Shown: positions 62,540 through 64,000 of the stretch, piece by piece | How positions within the stretch are numbered: the first letter of the stretch is position 1 | Layout of the letters: each line of letters opens with the position of its first letter | Source of the DNA: Octopus bimaculoides | Lineage: Eukaryota | Length of the DNA: 64,000 bases | Assembly (NCBI RefSeq): GCF_001194135.2 | Contig: NC_068986.1 | Coordinates: 13,271,609-13,335,608 of the forward strand | Reading direction: 5' to 3' | Position numbers and translations under genes: made by a program | Notes under the pieces: generated by a model | The model's input: the letters and a program-made list of their open reading frames with translations, nothing else | Told to the model about the DNA's origin: nothing | The model's database searches: none

Positions 62540-64000
62540 ATGAGGAAATAATGCTTTATTTCTATTGTTATTTTCCTTTTGATCTATTATTGCTGAAATT
62601 GTTGCTGTTATTGTTGATGATGTAAAAAAAAATATATATATATATATACATAAAGATAACAAGCAAATTACCATTTCTAAATTTGTTGGTATTATTCCAG
62701 TTTCCTTAGCAACCAAACCAAAACTGTTTTTAGAAAGCTTTAGGAAAAATATAACTTTGGTTTGTGTAGATATGTGTGTGTGTACAGATGTGTGTGTGTG
62801 TGTGTGTGTGTGTGNNNNNNNNNNNNNNNNNNNNNNNNNNNNNNNNNNNNNNNNNNNNNNNNNNNNNNNNNNNNNNNNNNNNNNNNNNNNNNNNNNNNNN
62901 NNNNNNNNNNNNNNCAAAGGAGCATATTCAGCATATTTTTGCTTTATGCATTCAATAAAGACAACAAGGCAATGGAAAGTGCGAGGAATATTAATGCAGT
63001 ATATGGGGATCGGGCAATAAGCATAAGCCAGTGTCAAAGGTGGTTCCAGAAATACTGAGTCAGAAACTACAGCCTAGAAGACTGAAAGATCTGTAGAGCT
63101 TGATGAGGACATCCTGCAAACTCTGCTGGAACAAAATCCCATCGTAACTGTTGAGGAACTAGCAGAGAAGCTTGGATTTGGTCATTCAACTAATCATCGA
63201 CACCCGTGTGCCATCAGAAAAGTCAGCAAATTGGGTCAATATGTTCCCCACAAACTTTCCAAGTCTAATCATATGCAAAGAGTGAATGTGTGCTCTTCTT
63301 TAATGTCATGTCCCACAAATGAACCTTTTTTGGACTGAATAGTGACTGGTGATGAGAAATGGGTTCTCTATAAAACTGTCAAGTGCCAGAGACAGTGAGT
63401 AGGGAAAGGAGAAACACTGGCACCCCAGGCTAAAAGTCTTCACCAACATAAGGTTTTATCTGTTTGGTAAGATATGAAAGGTTTAGTCCACTTTGAACTT
63501 TTAAACCTAAACCAAATGATAACAAAGGAGATCTATTGCAAGCATCTTGAGCAACTTAAGTCAGCACTTGAAGAAAAATGACCATCTTTGATTTCAAGAC
63601 AAAAGGTGTTCTTCCATCAGGATAATGCTCGGTCACATACAGCAAGGATGACATTCCAAAGGCTGGAGAAGTTTGAATGGGAAACACTGCCTCCCCCACT
63701 ACCATATTCACTGGATATTGCCCCATCTGATTATCATTTATTCTGCAGTTTTCAAAATTATTTGAAGGGAAAAAATATGAATTCCGTAGACGAGGTCAGA
63801 ACAGTACTGGAGGAGTATTTTTCATCACAGACAAGTAAATTTTAGAAGAGGAGCCTTGCAAGTTTACCAGATAGATGGAAGAGTATTGTAAAACATGAAA
63901 GAGAGTATATTTTAGATTAAAAAAGAACTTTGTTTATCTTAATTCTGAAAAGTAAAAGAAGTATAAAAAAAACAGCATTATTTATGGGATGATCCAAAAT
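62540..64000 (+). mobile_element. Decayed mariner (DD34D-type) transposon, nearly full length
   Basis: HTH region (ESARNINAVYGDRAISISQCQRWFQ), VTGDEKW motif near 63345, HQDNAR...PYSLDIAPSDYHLF; multiple stops and frameshifts; 3' TIR-like end at the window edge. The 5' boundary is uncertain. Confidence 0.88.

Noticed and set aside
12-63845. Most ORFs in the six-frame track
   Set aside because: They are translations of microsatellites, N gaps or SINE bodies, with no coding motifs or splice-consistent context.

Overview
AT-rich, microsatellite- and gap-rich animal genomic DNA. The retroposon families look cephalopod/octopus-like; this is inferred from repeat content and not verified. The only host gene I can support is a minus-strand, highly diverged clathrin heavy chain-like gene. 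Seven internal exons (59716 down to 987) join with canonical AG/GT sites into one stop-free 942-nt frame encoding the N-terminal beta-propeller. By manual count it is only about one-third identical to human CHC17, and several adaptor-binding residues are changed. The start exon and downstream exons were not found in the window. The introns hold at least six tRNA-headed or LINE-tailed SINE-like families, CR1 and R4/Dong LINE fragments, two decayed mariner-type transposons, piggyBac- and hAT-type MITEs, and minisatellites. The most unusual non-coding feature is a tRNA-headed SINE (4 copies) whose tail carries a minimal, Penelope-type hammerhead ribozyme motif. It inserts with an inverted copy of its own 3' end and 12-bp target-site duplications. 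A second, unrelated minimal hammerhead lies at 29.6 kb. All three intact-looking hammerheads are in the sense orientation of the clathrin-like pre-mRNA. No rRNA, intact tRNA or CRISPR array was found. Repeat boundaries are approximate; exon, TSD and ribozyme coordinates were counted by hand.
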